The translations under genes and the position numbers were made by a program. A DNA stretch of 64,000 nucleotides. Origin: Nymphaea colorata. Its lineage: Eukaryota. The stretch spans positions 9,858,001 through 9,922,000 of the forward strand of contig NC_045138.2 in NCBI RefSeq assembly GCF_008831285.2, in the 5' to 3' direction. A model generated the notes under the pieces. That model was not told the origin of the DNA. It ran no database searches and saw only the letters and a program-made list of their open reading frames with translations. Shown in pieces: positions 36,620 through 50,100 of the stretch; the stretch's first letter is position 1; every line of letters starts with the position of its first letter.

Positions 36620-39600
36620 CCATCATTCCATGAGAAATGTTGTTGCGGAGTCACCAAATATACCATAGGCAACATTGACAAAAATATTGGCAGAATATGT
36701 TTAGCAGCTAAGGGTTGGTGGCGTTATGCTCCAAGTCCACCAATGAAGGCCCTCTGTTATAGGCTAGCTGGTGCCATCACCTCGGCCCACGAGATTAGAA
36801 ATCTCCCACCAGATGTTTTTTATTTCCTCCATGGATTGAAAAGGAGGTGTTTTTCGTCCTCTTCATCTGACTTGCACAAGTTGCAAAGGGAGGCTAAACT
36901 AAACCCTGGTGCTTTAATATAGCATCAATCAGTAATATGTCCAAACTGCCAATATTGACTGTCCATTTGGCATGTAGAGCATTTAGATGGCTCCTCCCCG
37001 TAGTTCAAAATTTCCTTGTAATATGTTCTCCTCCCATAGAGTAGGATGAGTGATCGGAATACAAGGATGAGATGACCAAATGAGCTGGACATGGCCAAGA
37101 GGATTAAGCCTTGGGAGTTCTATGCTGAACCCAATGGAGTCAAAAGAATTGTTTAATTTCCAAAACATTAGACTCCACCAACTCTTTAAACATTAGACCA
37201 ATAGTCTCATTCACCAAAGCTGCTTTATTATTTTCCCTTGATCCCCCAACCCCAGCTGCCTTCTGGGTTAGGGAAATACAAGAAGCTCCACTTGATCAAG
37301 TGATGTTGCTTAGAGGACCATTACTACCCCAAAGGAAGTGTTCTTAGTGGCTTTCAATATTTATGTTGACTATAACTGGAAGAACGAGATTCCTATAGAG
37401 AGGGACACCATAACAAATTTCAAAATCACCAACACACAATTTGCGTTGAAGCACTCTAGGTACAACGCAAGAAGAGCGTCGCCAATGTCATCAGTGAAGA
37501 TCGCATTGCTGCTTTGTCTTTGATGATTTCTATCACATCGCTAATACTAGTGACAGTTTCCATCTCATCAAAAATAGTAGCGACACCATTATATTGTACC
37601 TGAGCTTATTAAACTTCAACTAACATTCCCACATAGGTATTAGTGTGAGCGATGTTTTTTCTTCACATCGGAGCTTCACACACATAACGACGGGAACAAG
37701 TAGCATCACTACTTCACCTTCAAAAACTTCTATCGCATCATAGGTTGCTAAGTGCCAGCGACACTTTACCTTTGCATCATAGCTTGACGAACACAGTGAG
37801 TAAGTTATTCGATGGTGGACCTACTACATATATAGGGAAGAGCGAGAAAAAAAATTAATAAAAACAATTAGTAGAGATGAGATATAACATACATGCAATT
37901 GAGAGGAGATTTAGACTTAAGTGTGACATCAGATTAAGATGAAACTAGGTCCATGTGCACTAGATGAATGTGTAAGCCACACTGCGGATCCCATCTTAAT
38001 GCTGAAAACATGGTGAACTGCTACTAGAAATTATTTCTAGCCTATGGAATTAGTCGATGGTGTTGAATGGTATTTTAAAACGCAGTAAAAACCACTTTTG
38101 TTTTCTGAAGTCTCTTGAACTGATGCTCTGCCAAGAGACACTACTGTGGATGACTTTGATTACATCAAATAGGCGAGTTGAGTCTAGTATCTGTGCAGTC
38201 CATATAGGAGAATAAAAGCATTCTTTCAGATGAAGGCATCTCAATGCCTGAATGAATGAATTAAATTGCAATCTGAGATCATATGGCAACTTCTTTCAAG
38301 CATGGATAAGGGGGGCAAAAATGTATCGACCATGTGATCAACATGCACTTGGTCTATCTAAAGCATCAACTCCTCAATTTACTCAATTTCTCCATCCTAG
38401 GGAAAATGATAAACAATTTCTGCATTAGTTTTTTGAAAATGCTCTGAAATTGATGTTGTTAAATTAACATCATGGACTATGAAATTAATATACTATTCCT
38501 CGAATTGCTAAAAGCTTTACTTTCCCTATGACACCAACAAATATTACAGTCATAGTGATGGTTCATTTGATGACAATGAGGTCTAAATCATCATCAGCCA
38601 TCTTTGCTGTAGTACATCAAGGGAGTAACTGCATGTGAGGTTTGGATGGGAAGATGAAGATTGTGGTTGTAGAAGTAGAAGTTTGAACATTAGCTGAATA
38701 TTTCTTGGCGGCAACTGTAATCTATGGCAGTTGTTGTGGCCCTGACAATAATGGCACCATTGTAAATGTTATAACATACCACGAGGTAATTGTATTGCTT
38801 TGTGCTCCTGAGCACAAAAAACTAAGGGATTTCTCCAAGAAATAATAGATTTCTTGAATCGATGTTGCCTTGCTCTGTGTTTTAACAACAAATGGAAGGG
38901 AACACCAAGTACTGTATAGGCTGAATAGTCCAAGAACATAACTAGCACTGCTTTTTCTACTTTTGCATTTGGTAGGTTTTGCTCTATAACAACTTCAGTT
39001 GACTCAATTAACTCCAACTTCCTTATTTGTCTGAATCATATTGTACCCATGCATATGTTTTGGGACTTCTTGAGACCAATGGTTGCAAAGACATGTTTGA
39101 ACTCTTCACCTAGACAAAGAATAAGTTCAGATGAACTACGGTGACAGTTGCAATGAATTGGACTATGATAAGGTGTTGAAATATGCATTAAAATGTACTC
39201 TTCCTTCTCTTTGTCATCTCTCTCAATAGAGGTTGAGATAAGCACCAAGCTCCTTCACTTCCATTCATAGCAGTCACAATAAGGTTGTTTCTTTCATGCA
39301 GATTTATTGATTTATCAGAAGGTGACAAGTCCCTTTTTATTCTAGGAAGCACCAAAGGACTCAAATCCTACAAAACATCACAATGAACCATTGTGATAGC
39401 ATCCTTCCCCTTTGTTTGCAAGTTGTGTACATGAACTTTCTTAGCCATATCTTCCAAGCTAATGAAACATATAACAGCACCGACCTTGGTCCCTTACACT
39501 CAATGTCTAGCCTTTCGAACCATGTTTCACCTACAACTAAGAAAGGCCCAGAAATCAAGCTAAAAGATTGCTAAACTTTGTAAAGCTATTGTCTGTTGCT

Positions 39601-40700
39601 GATGTTGAAATAGCAAGAAGCTCAAAATGATGATTTTTTGAAGATAAGGACTCAATGTCTCTTATTGAAAGTGGAACCCATTTGGTGTCTATGAGGTTTA
39701 TCTTCAACTCTCTGAAGCAGACCATGTGACCCTTAGGAATCATTGACACAAAAACTAGGAATTCTTCACTAACCAATGTTGGCCCAAAATAGCTCTAAAT
39801 GATATCAACAAAAGACTCGGGCTCTTCTATTTAGATTACCTTCTAACCAGCAAAAAGGAGACAAGAATCTCTTGTTGGGAAATATTTTAATGGAAGTGGA
39901 TCATCCATTGAAGTAGGGCACACAACATGAAACATATGCTAAATTATTGTCCAATTCTCGCCAACATTCATAGACGTTCAAGCTTCCCACTGTCACCTAC
40001 AACAAGGAAAAAGAAAGAATCTAAAAGGAAGAAAATAAAGAAAGCCATGAGCTTCCCTAGTATGACATCACAAATTAATTGTGTCTACCTGTTTGTAAAG
40101 AATCTCATGCTTGGAGCATTAACAAATAGAATATTCTGTTTTTTAGTTATTGTTGTTAGTGATTGTTGGTCCACATAATGATGAAATTGGATGCAAGCTG
40201 GTTGAATTTCTAGCTGCTTAACTACTGAAATTGGCAAATGTAACATAAGCAATGGGGTCAAGAATGTGGCTACACCAGGCTTAAAAACTTGATCACGAAG
40301 AACTGTAGATGCCAAAAATACTGCATGCAATGGGCTAAGAGAGTCTGCCTTGAGGAAAAAGTGCGGGTTGTTAGTTAGGCTAACATCATGAGTAGGATTT
40401 GTTATAAACAAGATGTCCACTTCTAAAATTCTAGGGATCTCCTCTTGTATATCTTTCACCTGCAAGAGGCTAGTTTTCAGGCATTATGAGAAGTGATGCC
40501 ATTTCAAATGAATACTCAGCATAATGTTTGAGAAGATGAAGTTTTATTGATTATCCCCTCAAATAGCCAAGCTTTCCCAACATAAAGTCAACCAGCCCTC
40601 TTGCTTGTAGAGGCTTGCTGTTGACATCAAAGAGCTCTCAGCATTACCAAATTCCCCATAAGAAAATGATTCTTTAGCCTTTTGATAGCTAGAGTAAGAG
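36620..40700 (-). mobile_element. Heavily decayed L1-clade LINE (ORF1 remnant, endonuclease, partial RT, C-terminal zf-RVT)
   Basis: Minus-strand remnants: GFSLASLCNLCKSDEEDE and WYIW*LRN (zf-RVT region, about 36630-36920), FRP-like RT start near 38580, and GPFLVVGE (endonuclease GPWLVxGDFN-like, about 39530). Boundaries are approximate. Confidence 0.6.
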
Positions 40701-41263
40701 GTAGTTCTATGAGCTTTTAGACTATTATGTAAATCAAAACTTTTTTCAATGAAGCAATAATTTCGTGTGAATTATCATGCACCTTTTCCTCAACAATAAC
40801 ATAGACTAGATACTCAGAGTCAGGATTATTGCACATACATACTGCAAAGTTAAAATTTGAAACATTATAGAATTCAAATATTTAGATATATGGCATACAT
40901 GACTTACAACTTTGCCACATATTTCTCTCTAGTCATCCATATATTTTGGCCCACATACCCAAACATAACAACATAATCTGGTTTCTCTCTAGTCTTATTG
41001 GCTCCAATAAATTTGTCATTTAGACATGGACAGGCAAGTGTTCATTGCGTTCTTCTTATTTTTGATGAGGATGTTCATTCTTCAAGAACATGCAATACTT
41101 TATTTAAAAGGAAACACTATAAAATATTAATCAATAAGTTTATACAATTCATGCTAACAGCAAGGACATAACTAGAAAAACTAAGGGTGCAAATGGACAC
41201 AACATGTGTATCATAGTTCCTTCTTTTTCTACATGTGCATGACAACAACATCTTGTGACAACC

Positions 41264-44234
41264 TATTATCACCCCAAATTTTTCCAAAAGACTATTTTCC
41301 ATTTTACTCAAACAAGATTCTCAATTAATTTGACCATTTTTACAATGATTTGGATCTAATTTTGGACCTAAGCCCAAGCTCAGCTCAAAATAGACTTCAA
41401 TATCCATACCCAAGTCCAATTCACTTCCACTCAATCCAAAATGGATCCCTACGCCTATATTTGAGTCCAAATGCAATTTGGATTCAAATGTAAGTCTGAG
41501 ATCTAAAATACACACCTTGATCAGAAATACGAAGCCGAAGTTAGAGGCTGAATCCTACGAACAAAATTAAGTCCATACTAAGAAATGGACCCATAAAGCC
41601 ACTCTCAGATCCAAATTAGATCCAAAACTAAAGTTTGAATCCACATCAAGAATTTCAACTCAAAATCCAAAGTCGATACCAAAATAACAAATTTCGATAC
41701 TATCAAGTGCCGCGCATGCATGTACAGACCTTCCCTTTGTTTTGCATCTCAATTTTGTGCCAAAAATAAGCTTTGAGCCTAAACTACTCGTCCAATCCTT
41801 GATCTGAGCCTCGGGCGTCGACTAGAACACATTGGCAACCAAGCAAACCCGATCTGGATCTAAAATGAGCCTAGAATCACACAAAATGAAGTTGGAATTT
41901 GTAACAAAATACCATTTTCCCCTTTAAACTGTGTTTTTTAAAAATAATTTTTATGTTTTTTTATGTGTGGAACTCAAATCCAACTCTCTCTAAGAAACTC
42001 AGCTAAATAGCCCCGTTCTATGATCTCAATCTGTATTACTTGAATGCTCTTTTCATACTTGTATTGTACTTGCTTTTCGTGAATTTCTTAGGCCTTTCGG
42101 GTATGCCACGTTGCATTCCAGATTATCTGGATGCTTACATAGGGAATCAAACCAGCATCGTTAGCTTGGAAGGCTAGGGTTTATAGTCGACATCGGTGAT
42201 GCTATATTCATTCAGAATAGGAGCAGAGGGGTAGAATGAGAAGGATCAGCATGTTGCTGTAGCATGAACCATATAGATAAGACAGGTGGTATTTCCATGA
42301 GTTGGTAGTAATGGAAGGAAAATGTTTATTTAATAATATGATGGTGAGTAAGGGTTGCCCCTGTCTAGTAAGGGCCCTTTCTTTTTTGGCGAGATTCCCT
42401 TTGAGAGACATCTAAGTTCTGTTTGCTTCCCTTCTATCCCTCAAGGATTCATTTATCAACAGATTTTTTATCTTCCATTTCTGAAACGGTAAAAAAAAAG
42501 TACCTCCCCCACCCCGCCCCCCCCCCCCCCCCCCCCAACCAAAAAAATCATAGTGGACCTCTCCTTGTGATCAAGATGCCATAGCTCACTTCGACATTTC
42601 CCATTTCCCATTGCAAAGAGACCAAGGATTGGTGGTTGCAGAAGAGACGGAGAGACTGATCTTGATTGAAGCATATATGAGCAGGTTCCTTCGATGGTTC
42701 TCTTTGGAGGCCAAGGAGGCAAAAGCCACCCCTTATTGGTCCAAAACTAATCAATGAGGGGGCATTTTGCACCCCCCTCGCACATGCTCAGCGTGTTGCC
42801 CAGCATGCTGCCTGTCGCCTGCGCAGGCCCCCTTTTTTTTTGTAAAAAACACCCCCTTGAGGACAGTTTTAGTCTAATGGGTGAACATTAGCCCTGCCTA
42901 CACCCCCAAAGGGGTGTTTGTGAGCTAAGGGCCGATCCCATGGTCAAGGCCTATTTTTAAAAAAAATTGAAATAATTCAAAACTATTAGGAATTCACATG
43001 AAAATATTGTTAAATTCAAAAAAAATAAATTTTGAGTTTTTGCTCCAAAGCTTCCTATAAATTCCCTCAAAATCTTTTCTCTTGGGCATGAGCTAACCCT
43101 TGGGAAACTTCTAGTACTTTCTCATTTGCAAACTTAGAGTTTTTCTTTGTCTGTCTCTCTATTTCTCTCCTCTTCTCTTCTTCTTTCCCAACCTTAGGAG
43201 CAAGCTTTTCCAACTTCCAATCTTCAAGAAAGTACAAGGAGGATTCTCGGAGAGGCATCTTCAACACCTTGGAGCTCCATTCAATGAAGTTTTATGATAA
43301 TCCGAAGTAGGAGACTCACTTTCTAAAATCATTCTCAGTAGAGATATGTAATCAATATCACAATCATTTTTTTTTCTTTCTTTATCCATTCTTCATCTTT
43401 CATGGTCGTACAAGAAAAATCTCAAAATCTCTTCTTCGGAGTCAAGAGACATTTTTGAGTGCACTGAGATCATGAGAAGGTGAAATAAGATATCATTCTA
43501 GGATCAAAATGTGTTTCTCTCTCCTTTTGAATGTATGCTTTGTGTTGAGATGTTGTTCATGCATAGTTTATTGATTTTTCATATTTATATACGAATGAAT
43601 GGTAAGAGTAAGTGCTTGGATTGGAATTTTTTTATTATTATACTGATTTTTAAGGTTGAGATTTGTCCAACCCGAGAAAACCCCTTACAAATGTGTACAT
43701 GTTAGAGTGCATCTTTATGACATTCTCATGTCTAGCATTTCTTTTAATCACACGGTTAGGGATCCTAAAGAGAAATTTCTTATGTTATTAGCTTTTCATT
43801 TCGTGTGAAACAATTTTCTTGTAATAGATGAAATAATTATTGTTTTATGCTTATATAAAAAAAATATTTGGAATAATGTTTTTAAAATAATTTAAAAAAT
43901 AAAAACCCTCTTCAATGAGGCCTTGAAGACTTAGCCTAGGCTCTTGCATGAGCTTAATTTCCTCTCTAGCCTACATAGAAAAATCTAAGTTGAAAATGCT
44001 CTCACTTATCTCTTAATTTTCATATTTGTATATGCGTATATACATGTTATATACATATACATGTACATGAATATCTCTCTTTACCTTTCTCTCTTTATGA
44101 TTTAACATATTCTTTTATAAATTTTCATATACATATATGTATAAATAAGTATATATGTGTATTCTACTTTTTCTTTTAGAATCTTCTCTTTCTCTCCAAG
44201 TTAATACCTCCTTTTTAAATTTTAATGTACGTAG

Positions 44235-44282
<48 letters not shown>

Positions 44283-44312
44283 CTAGCTCTCTCTCTAAAA
44301 TCTTCTTCTTCT

Positions 44313-44343
<31 letters not shown>

Positions 44344-45120
44344 CTCCCTATTCCTTTTGGCTTAAAATATTTTCTTTCTTTCGAATATTTCTTTCATGAG
44401 ATCTAAGATTTTAATTTTCATTTATTGGCTTCATTAAGACCAAAGCACAAGTAATGACTCAATATTAGAATCATGTTTGATGGTCTACAATCTCATTTTT
44501 TACTTTTTTTTTCCCTCTTCATGAAAATATTTAGAATAAGTATGTAAATAACTATAGATGTATGTGAATAATTTTACTTTCAATCACATAAAATCAATGC
44601 ATTCATGCATTCGCATGCATTTGTAGAATTCACGAATGATCACAAGTAAAATTAGATGAAGCCTAGTTAAGTAGTAGCTGAACTATAGCAAAATCTTAAA
44701 CAGACTAAAGTTCTTAAGAGAACACTAAATCGATTTCAAAAAAAAATCTTTAAAATACCCATATTATCTTCCAAAGATTTCCATATGATATTTGCAAAGT
44801 TTTCTCTATTTAAAAATCTCCCAAATCAAAATGGTGTATACTCTCAAATGATGCTTCAAAACTTTCCCATTTAAAAGTTAGAAACAAATTTTCAACATTA
44901 TCTCTATGCACCACATTACATTTAGAATGAATAAAATGTTCAAAAAATAAAATGCATCAAAAATAAGCATACCCATTGGATTGGTTACCCCCGATAAAGG
45001 CACTGGGAATGGCCCATCATTGTACCGACAGCGAGTCTCTATTCTCCCTCATTCAAAAATAAAACTTTATATTTCTGAAAACACTCCAAAACCCAAAAAA
45101 AAAGGTTAGGGATGTAAACA
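41264..45120 (+). repeat. 5' LTR of Ogre/Tat copy B (about 3.86 kb, including a roughly 0.74-kb foreign insert)
   Basis: Termini similar to the solo LTR 2065-5913 and to the copy A LTR. PBS-like sequence at about 45123. (CA)n(TA)n(CT)n microsatellites at about 44235-44340. Confidence 0.75.
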
Positions 45121-46019
45121 GATGGTGACTGTGATGGAACCCGCCATCGTTTGGCTCTAATTAACATTGATGCATTTCTACTAACTTGAACATCTCTCAT
45201 ATTGTTGTTGTTAAAGTATGTCTCTTTCTTTGACCTTGACCCCATCAGCAATGCATTACATTGCTTGGTGATTGTGTTTGCTTTCTTACATATAAGACTA
45301 ATTGATCAATCATGTTCACCTACATGGGAGATCAAATACAACCCTCCTTAGTTTAAGGCTTGATCGAAAATAATGTTTGCTCTTCTACTTATTTTAAAAA
45401 ATATCTTAGGCAACATTGCATTAGAGGTAATCGATTTTGCATGTTTACTCTTATTTCAAAGCTTCTCATAGTCTCGGTTATCATGTTGTCAAGCTTGGTT
45501 TTAAGCGGTAGCACAAGACTAAGTCTTACAACTGGATCACACATAAGGCGAAAAAACCCCCTCATTAGTATTGTAGTAACTTATGATATATTGATGGGTG
45601 ACTAAGAAGAAGTCAATGAACTTTACCCTTAGTTGCCTAAGGAAGAATCTCCACTAGTACTAAGTCATTTGGTTAAAGTATATAAGCATAACTTTATATT
45701 GGATTATTGTGACGCAAAGTTATCTCAATTAGGCCCCTATACCCTTTTTTTTTAAATTTGTTCACATGATAGAAGTATAAAGAGTGTTGGATATACACAA
45801 AATCTTATATGGTGATTTACAATTTCATTATATAGCCCTATCTCATATCCTCCTTGTTAACTTTGGCAATCTTTCTCACTAATTTAATTTCTATCTTTCA
45901 GAGTATTCACTCAATGTGTATTCTTTCTAACATGGTGTCACCTTCTCTTATGATCACATCCTGTTCGGAGAAGGACCCGAATGGTCTACTCATGTTTCCC
46001 TTGAATCTAGTCCCTTAGC

Positions 46020-47110
46020 TCCTAAATAGCATCAGTCTTGACATCCTACCTTATCTTGGATGTTTCCTTCTTATTTTGAAGAAAGTGGGCTGTAGAAAGT
46101 AGCAGCCGGAGGAATGCAATCAGTGGATGAAAATTTGGTGCATGTTACTGAAGAGTGATGGAGCCCAAGGACCTCTTTTTTTTTATGAGAAGAAATGATA
46201 GTATTATTGGATGAATTTGTTGAAATACTAGACTTCCCTACCCCGACCTGTAATCCAAATGATCCATTGGAGAAACCATTTCTCATAAATCTAAGACTAA
46301 AGTTAATGCAGCTAACCTTATAGCTCACTTTACTAGACGAAAAAGTTGGCCTCTAGTAAAAAACAATGAGAACCAAAACATCAACCTACATAATCTATAC
46401 GAATAATTTGGAGCATATGTTGAGCCTTCCACCTTATCTCGAAAATCCATAGGAAGAGTCAAGCACTGCATGATGCTTTGTGCAGTGAGAGTGACCCTCT
46501 TCACCAACAGAACCAATCTCTTAGATGTTCTTATCGCCCCTATTTTCTGGATATGGAGACATAACGGGACCTGACACTTGTCTGTGGCAATGACAGCCCT
46601 AACTTTCCTTTACCAGGACCCACCTGCTTTATCATCAGAGGCTCAGACTATGTGGAAGGATATACACACGCTTTACAATCATGGTTCCTCAAGCATGCGG
46701 GACCTCGAGCCAGTCTATTTAAAAACACTGATGGAGCATTGATATTCTTAGTATAATACCATCATTTTGATCGAGCAGCTAGATGGAGAAGAGATCATTT
46801 GGGATTATTATGATTGTCATAAGAATCTACCTAGATACATTCACCATTACCATGGTCGTAACACACTCTTGGGCCCTTATTTCATTAATTGATTATTATG
46901 CTGATAGATGCATGAGACAATTCTTTCAGAGACAAAATATGCGTGCATGCATCAATCGGAGCTACTTCTAAATTCGGCCCCAGCTCTCCTCAATGGGTGG
47001 CATTGTTTGTAGTGGCTCAACAAGAATGGAAGACACAGACATCTTACATGTGGTTCACAAACCCAATAGTAAAGAAGGAATATACTAAGTAGTGGGATGT
47101 CAACCAACCA
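46020..47110 (+). pseudogene. Extra ORF upstream of gag in copy B, Plant Mobile Domain (PMD)-like; decayed
   Basis: From 46123: VDENLVHVTEE*WSPRTSFFL*EEMIVLLDEFVEILDFP. ORF 46783-46971 contains DYYADRCMRQFFQRQN. Confidence 0.7.
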
Positions 47111-50100
47111 CCTTCCATCCTTCCTTAAAAGTTTCTATTGTCAACTTTATGTTCTTTATTTTGTCTTCAGTCATTGTCATCTTTGATCAGTTAATTTTTT
47201 TTTAATGTAATCTTTAAACTCTTGATGCAATGTGAACCTTCATTTTGTTATCGTTTTCCTCCAATAACTCTTTTTTTTTTTTCTCATAAAGTGAACATTT
47301 GAAGCCAATATGATGGTTGAAACAAGAGTGCAAACTAGCAAGCCCCTTAGAACAAAGCTTCATCTTTTGATCCTATGCCAAAAACACTTGGCTTCTCAAT
47401 TATTGAACTAAAATGCTACCATATTGTTCTGGTTGTTTATGGAGTGATTCATGAGGAAGCAAGAAGAACAAAAGGCTCTAATGGTTATCTCAAAACCAAC
47501 AAATAAAAAGCCTATCAAACAAAGAAGAAACAAGAAAAACAACAAGGCTTCTCCTATAGATTAGGATAAAGACCATCTAGATTTTGACTCAACAACCTGT
47601 AAGGATGAATGAATTGCTTCCACTAAAAAAGAAGAAGATGACGAGAAAAAGGCAAGAAAAAAAAAATCTTATAGGATAGTAGCTCACCTAGCCCTATCTC
47701 ATGTGGAAGTTTAGAAGAGAAGATGAAAAGGAAGAGAAAACTTGCAAAGGCCAAAAGACAAAAATGTATACCCCAAGCAGTAGCTCAGACAACAAGTGTT
47801 CTGAAAAGAAGTAAAAGAAGTCAAGGGCAAAAAGAGGAAGACAAAGTCAGAGTCAAGTAAATCAAGTGATTACAAAAGTCCAACTAAGTGCAAGTTTTAT
47901 GAAATGGTGAAAAGAATGAACAACCTTGAACTTAGGAGGAAGGGAAAACACTCATACTCATATGAAAATTATTACCTAGGCATTGAAAGAGATGAATTTG
48001 CCTGAGTTCATCAAATATGATGGAACTATTTGCCCACATGTTCATCTTTCCACATTCATCATTGATTTCTACAATATCCAAGAAAATAACATAGCATTGT
48101 TTTGCTACTTTCCAAGGAGTCTCAAAGGCATTGTTGCACAATGGTACAAAGAAAATATTAACCCAGTTGAACTTAAGGAATTTGATAGATTGGATATATT
48201 CGCTGAGAGATTTAAGAAAAATGTTCCCATGGCTCGGACCCTCAATACACTTTGTAGTCTTTACAAAAAACAATAAGAAAAGGCTTCAGAGCCATGTCAC
48301 TTATCATGTCACTTATTAGGAAAATCTTCCCCAACCCTTGGAAAGTTTTATCCACAATGCTCCAATCAAGACCTTTGTCGAGTTGATCGAACAAGTAGAT
48401 TCAATAGAGAAAAGAATTGAAGAAGGTGATTTTGATGGATTTATTACACCCAAATACAAAGAATATTATAAGAAAAGAAGAGAAATGCAATTACCCAGCC
48501 ACTTCATAAAAAATGCCAACGCTGGAAAAAGACAATTACAACAATTATAAGCATGAGAAAAAACAAACTATAAGAAAAATACATAGCTTCTCAAGAGAAA
48601 CGAAGAAGGAAAGAACAAACACCCAAGCTGAAGTTATGACCAAAAGTTCACTCCTCTCAATCAATATCACAAGAAGATCCTATAATACCTCCTCGCCAAA
48701 TGAACTATCATCTTGTCAAAAGTTTCAAAACCTCCAAAAATGATGAAAAGTGTTAAAGAAAAATTGTGTAAGTTTCAGTGTGTCATCATGACACCAAAGA
48801 TTGTTTTGTCATCAAGAACATCATCCAAGATTTCATCAACAAAGATCTCAATGTTGATGATGATAGCATCCCTAAGGTATTGAGGAATCTATTCCCTGAT
48901 TATGAGAATGCAGTAGTCGCCACAATCTCTATGATCACTCCACTCTCATATCATCCATAGGAGGACATCCGACCTTATGATGGAAAAATTCACAACAAGA
49001 TATGGTGACTTGTTGGGATAAGCAACTTTCAGATTTCATTGGCATGGTGAACAACAAGGCAGAACATTCTTCCAAAAACTCTACCATAATTCCAAAGACT
49101 TTTCTCTTACGAGTAGATGATGATGAGTCATCAGATGACTCCTCAAACAAGGATCCATGTTATTTAGATAATGTCATCCCTTTAGAAGAATGTCTTATTG
49201 AGAAAGCTGGATTCGGGCCTTCAAGGACCATTCAATTACATTTACAAAAAAAAATCTTTCAAAATGGAGATATTATCATAAAGATGCTATTTACATCACC
49301 GTCCAAGTTAATAAGATGATTGTGCCACATGTATTAATCGATGAGAAAGTGACTTAAATATTTGTCCTAATCGACTTATGAAACCGAGATCTATGGATAT
49401 GATGGTCAAAGCATGAATAGCAAAGGGACCCTCATCATGGATGTGATCATAGAACACACCAGCCACAGCATTTTATTTCATGTGGTGGATGTACCCCCAT
49501 CATACAACTTCATCCTAGGACAGCCTTGGATCTATGAAGTATGTGGTATCTCATTTACTCTTCACCAATGACTCAAGTGGAATGGCCCATCTATAATCAC
49601 CGTATGTGCAGAGGACTTGGTTGAGAACCAATGCTTGTTAGACCAAATGACTCAATGGACGTCCTCAGCATAAGGACAATGAAAGGAACACATTTAGAAG
49701 AATGGATGCAAAGCATGGAGGATGGTGAATCATCCAGAAATGCTTATATTGTCTCAAATAGTCGTTTGAACTATAAAAAAATCCCTTGTATGCTCATTTC
49801 ATGAGAAACACTAACAGATTTCAGTTGCTTTTGAAAGGTGACTATCGTCCATTCACAGGCCTTAGAAATAATGAAGATGACATTTTATAACCAATCATTA
49901 TCCCTTTTCAGATGAACGCTAGAGAAGTGGGATACTACTAAGAAGTTTGAAGAAGGTCATGTTGGCTAATAGTATTAACCTTTGTTTTTAAATCCTCCCA
50001 TGAATTTTGTGATCTTAACTTGTACTTATCCAGTCTCATGAGAGGACCCCCCTTGTGAACTAATAACTTTCTATATACAATGCAAGTACTTTTTCATTAT

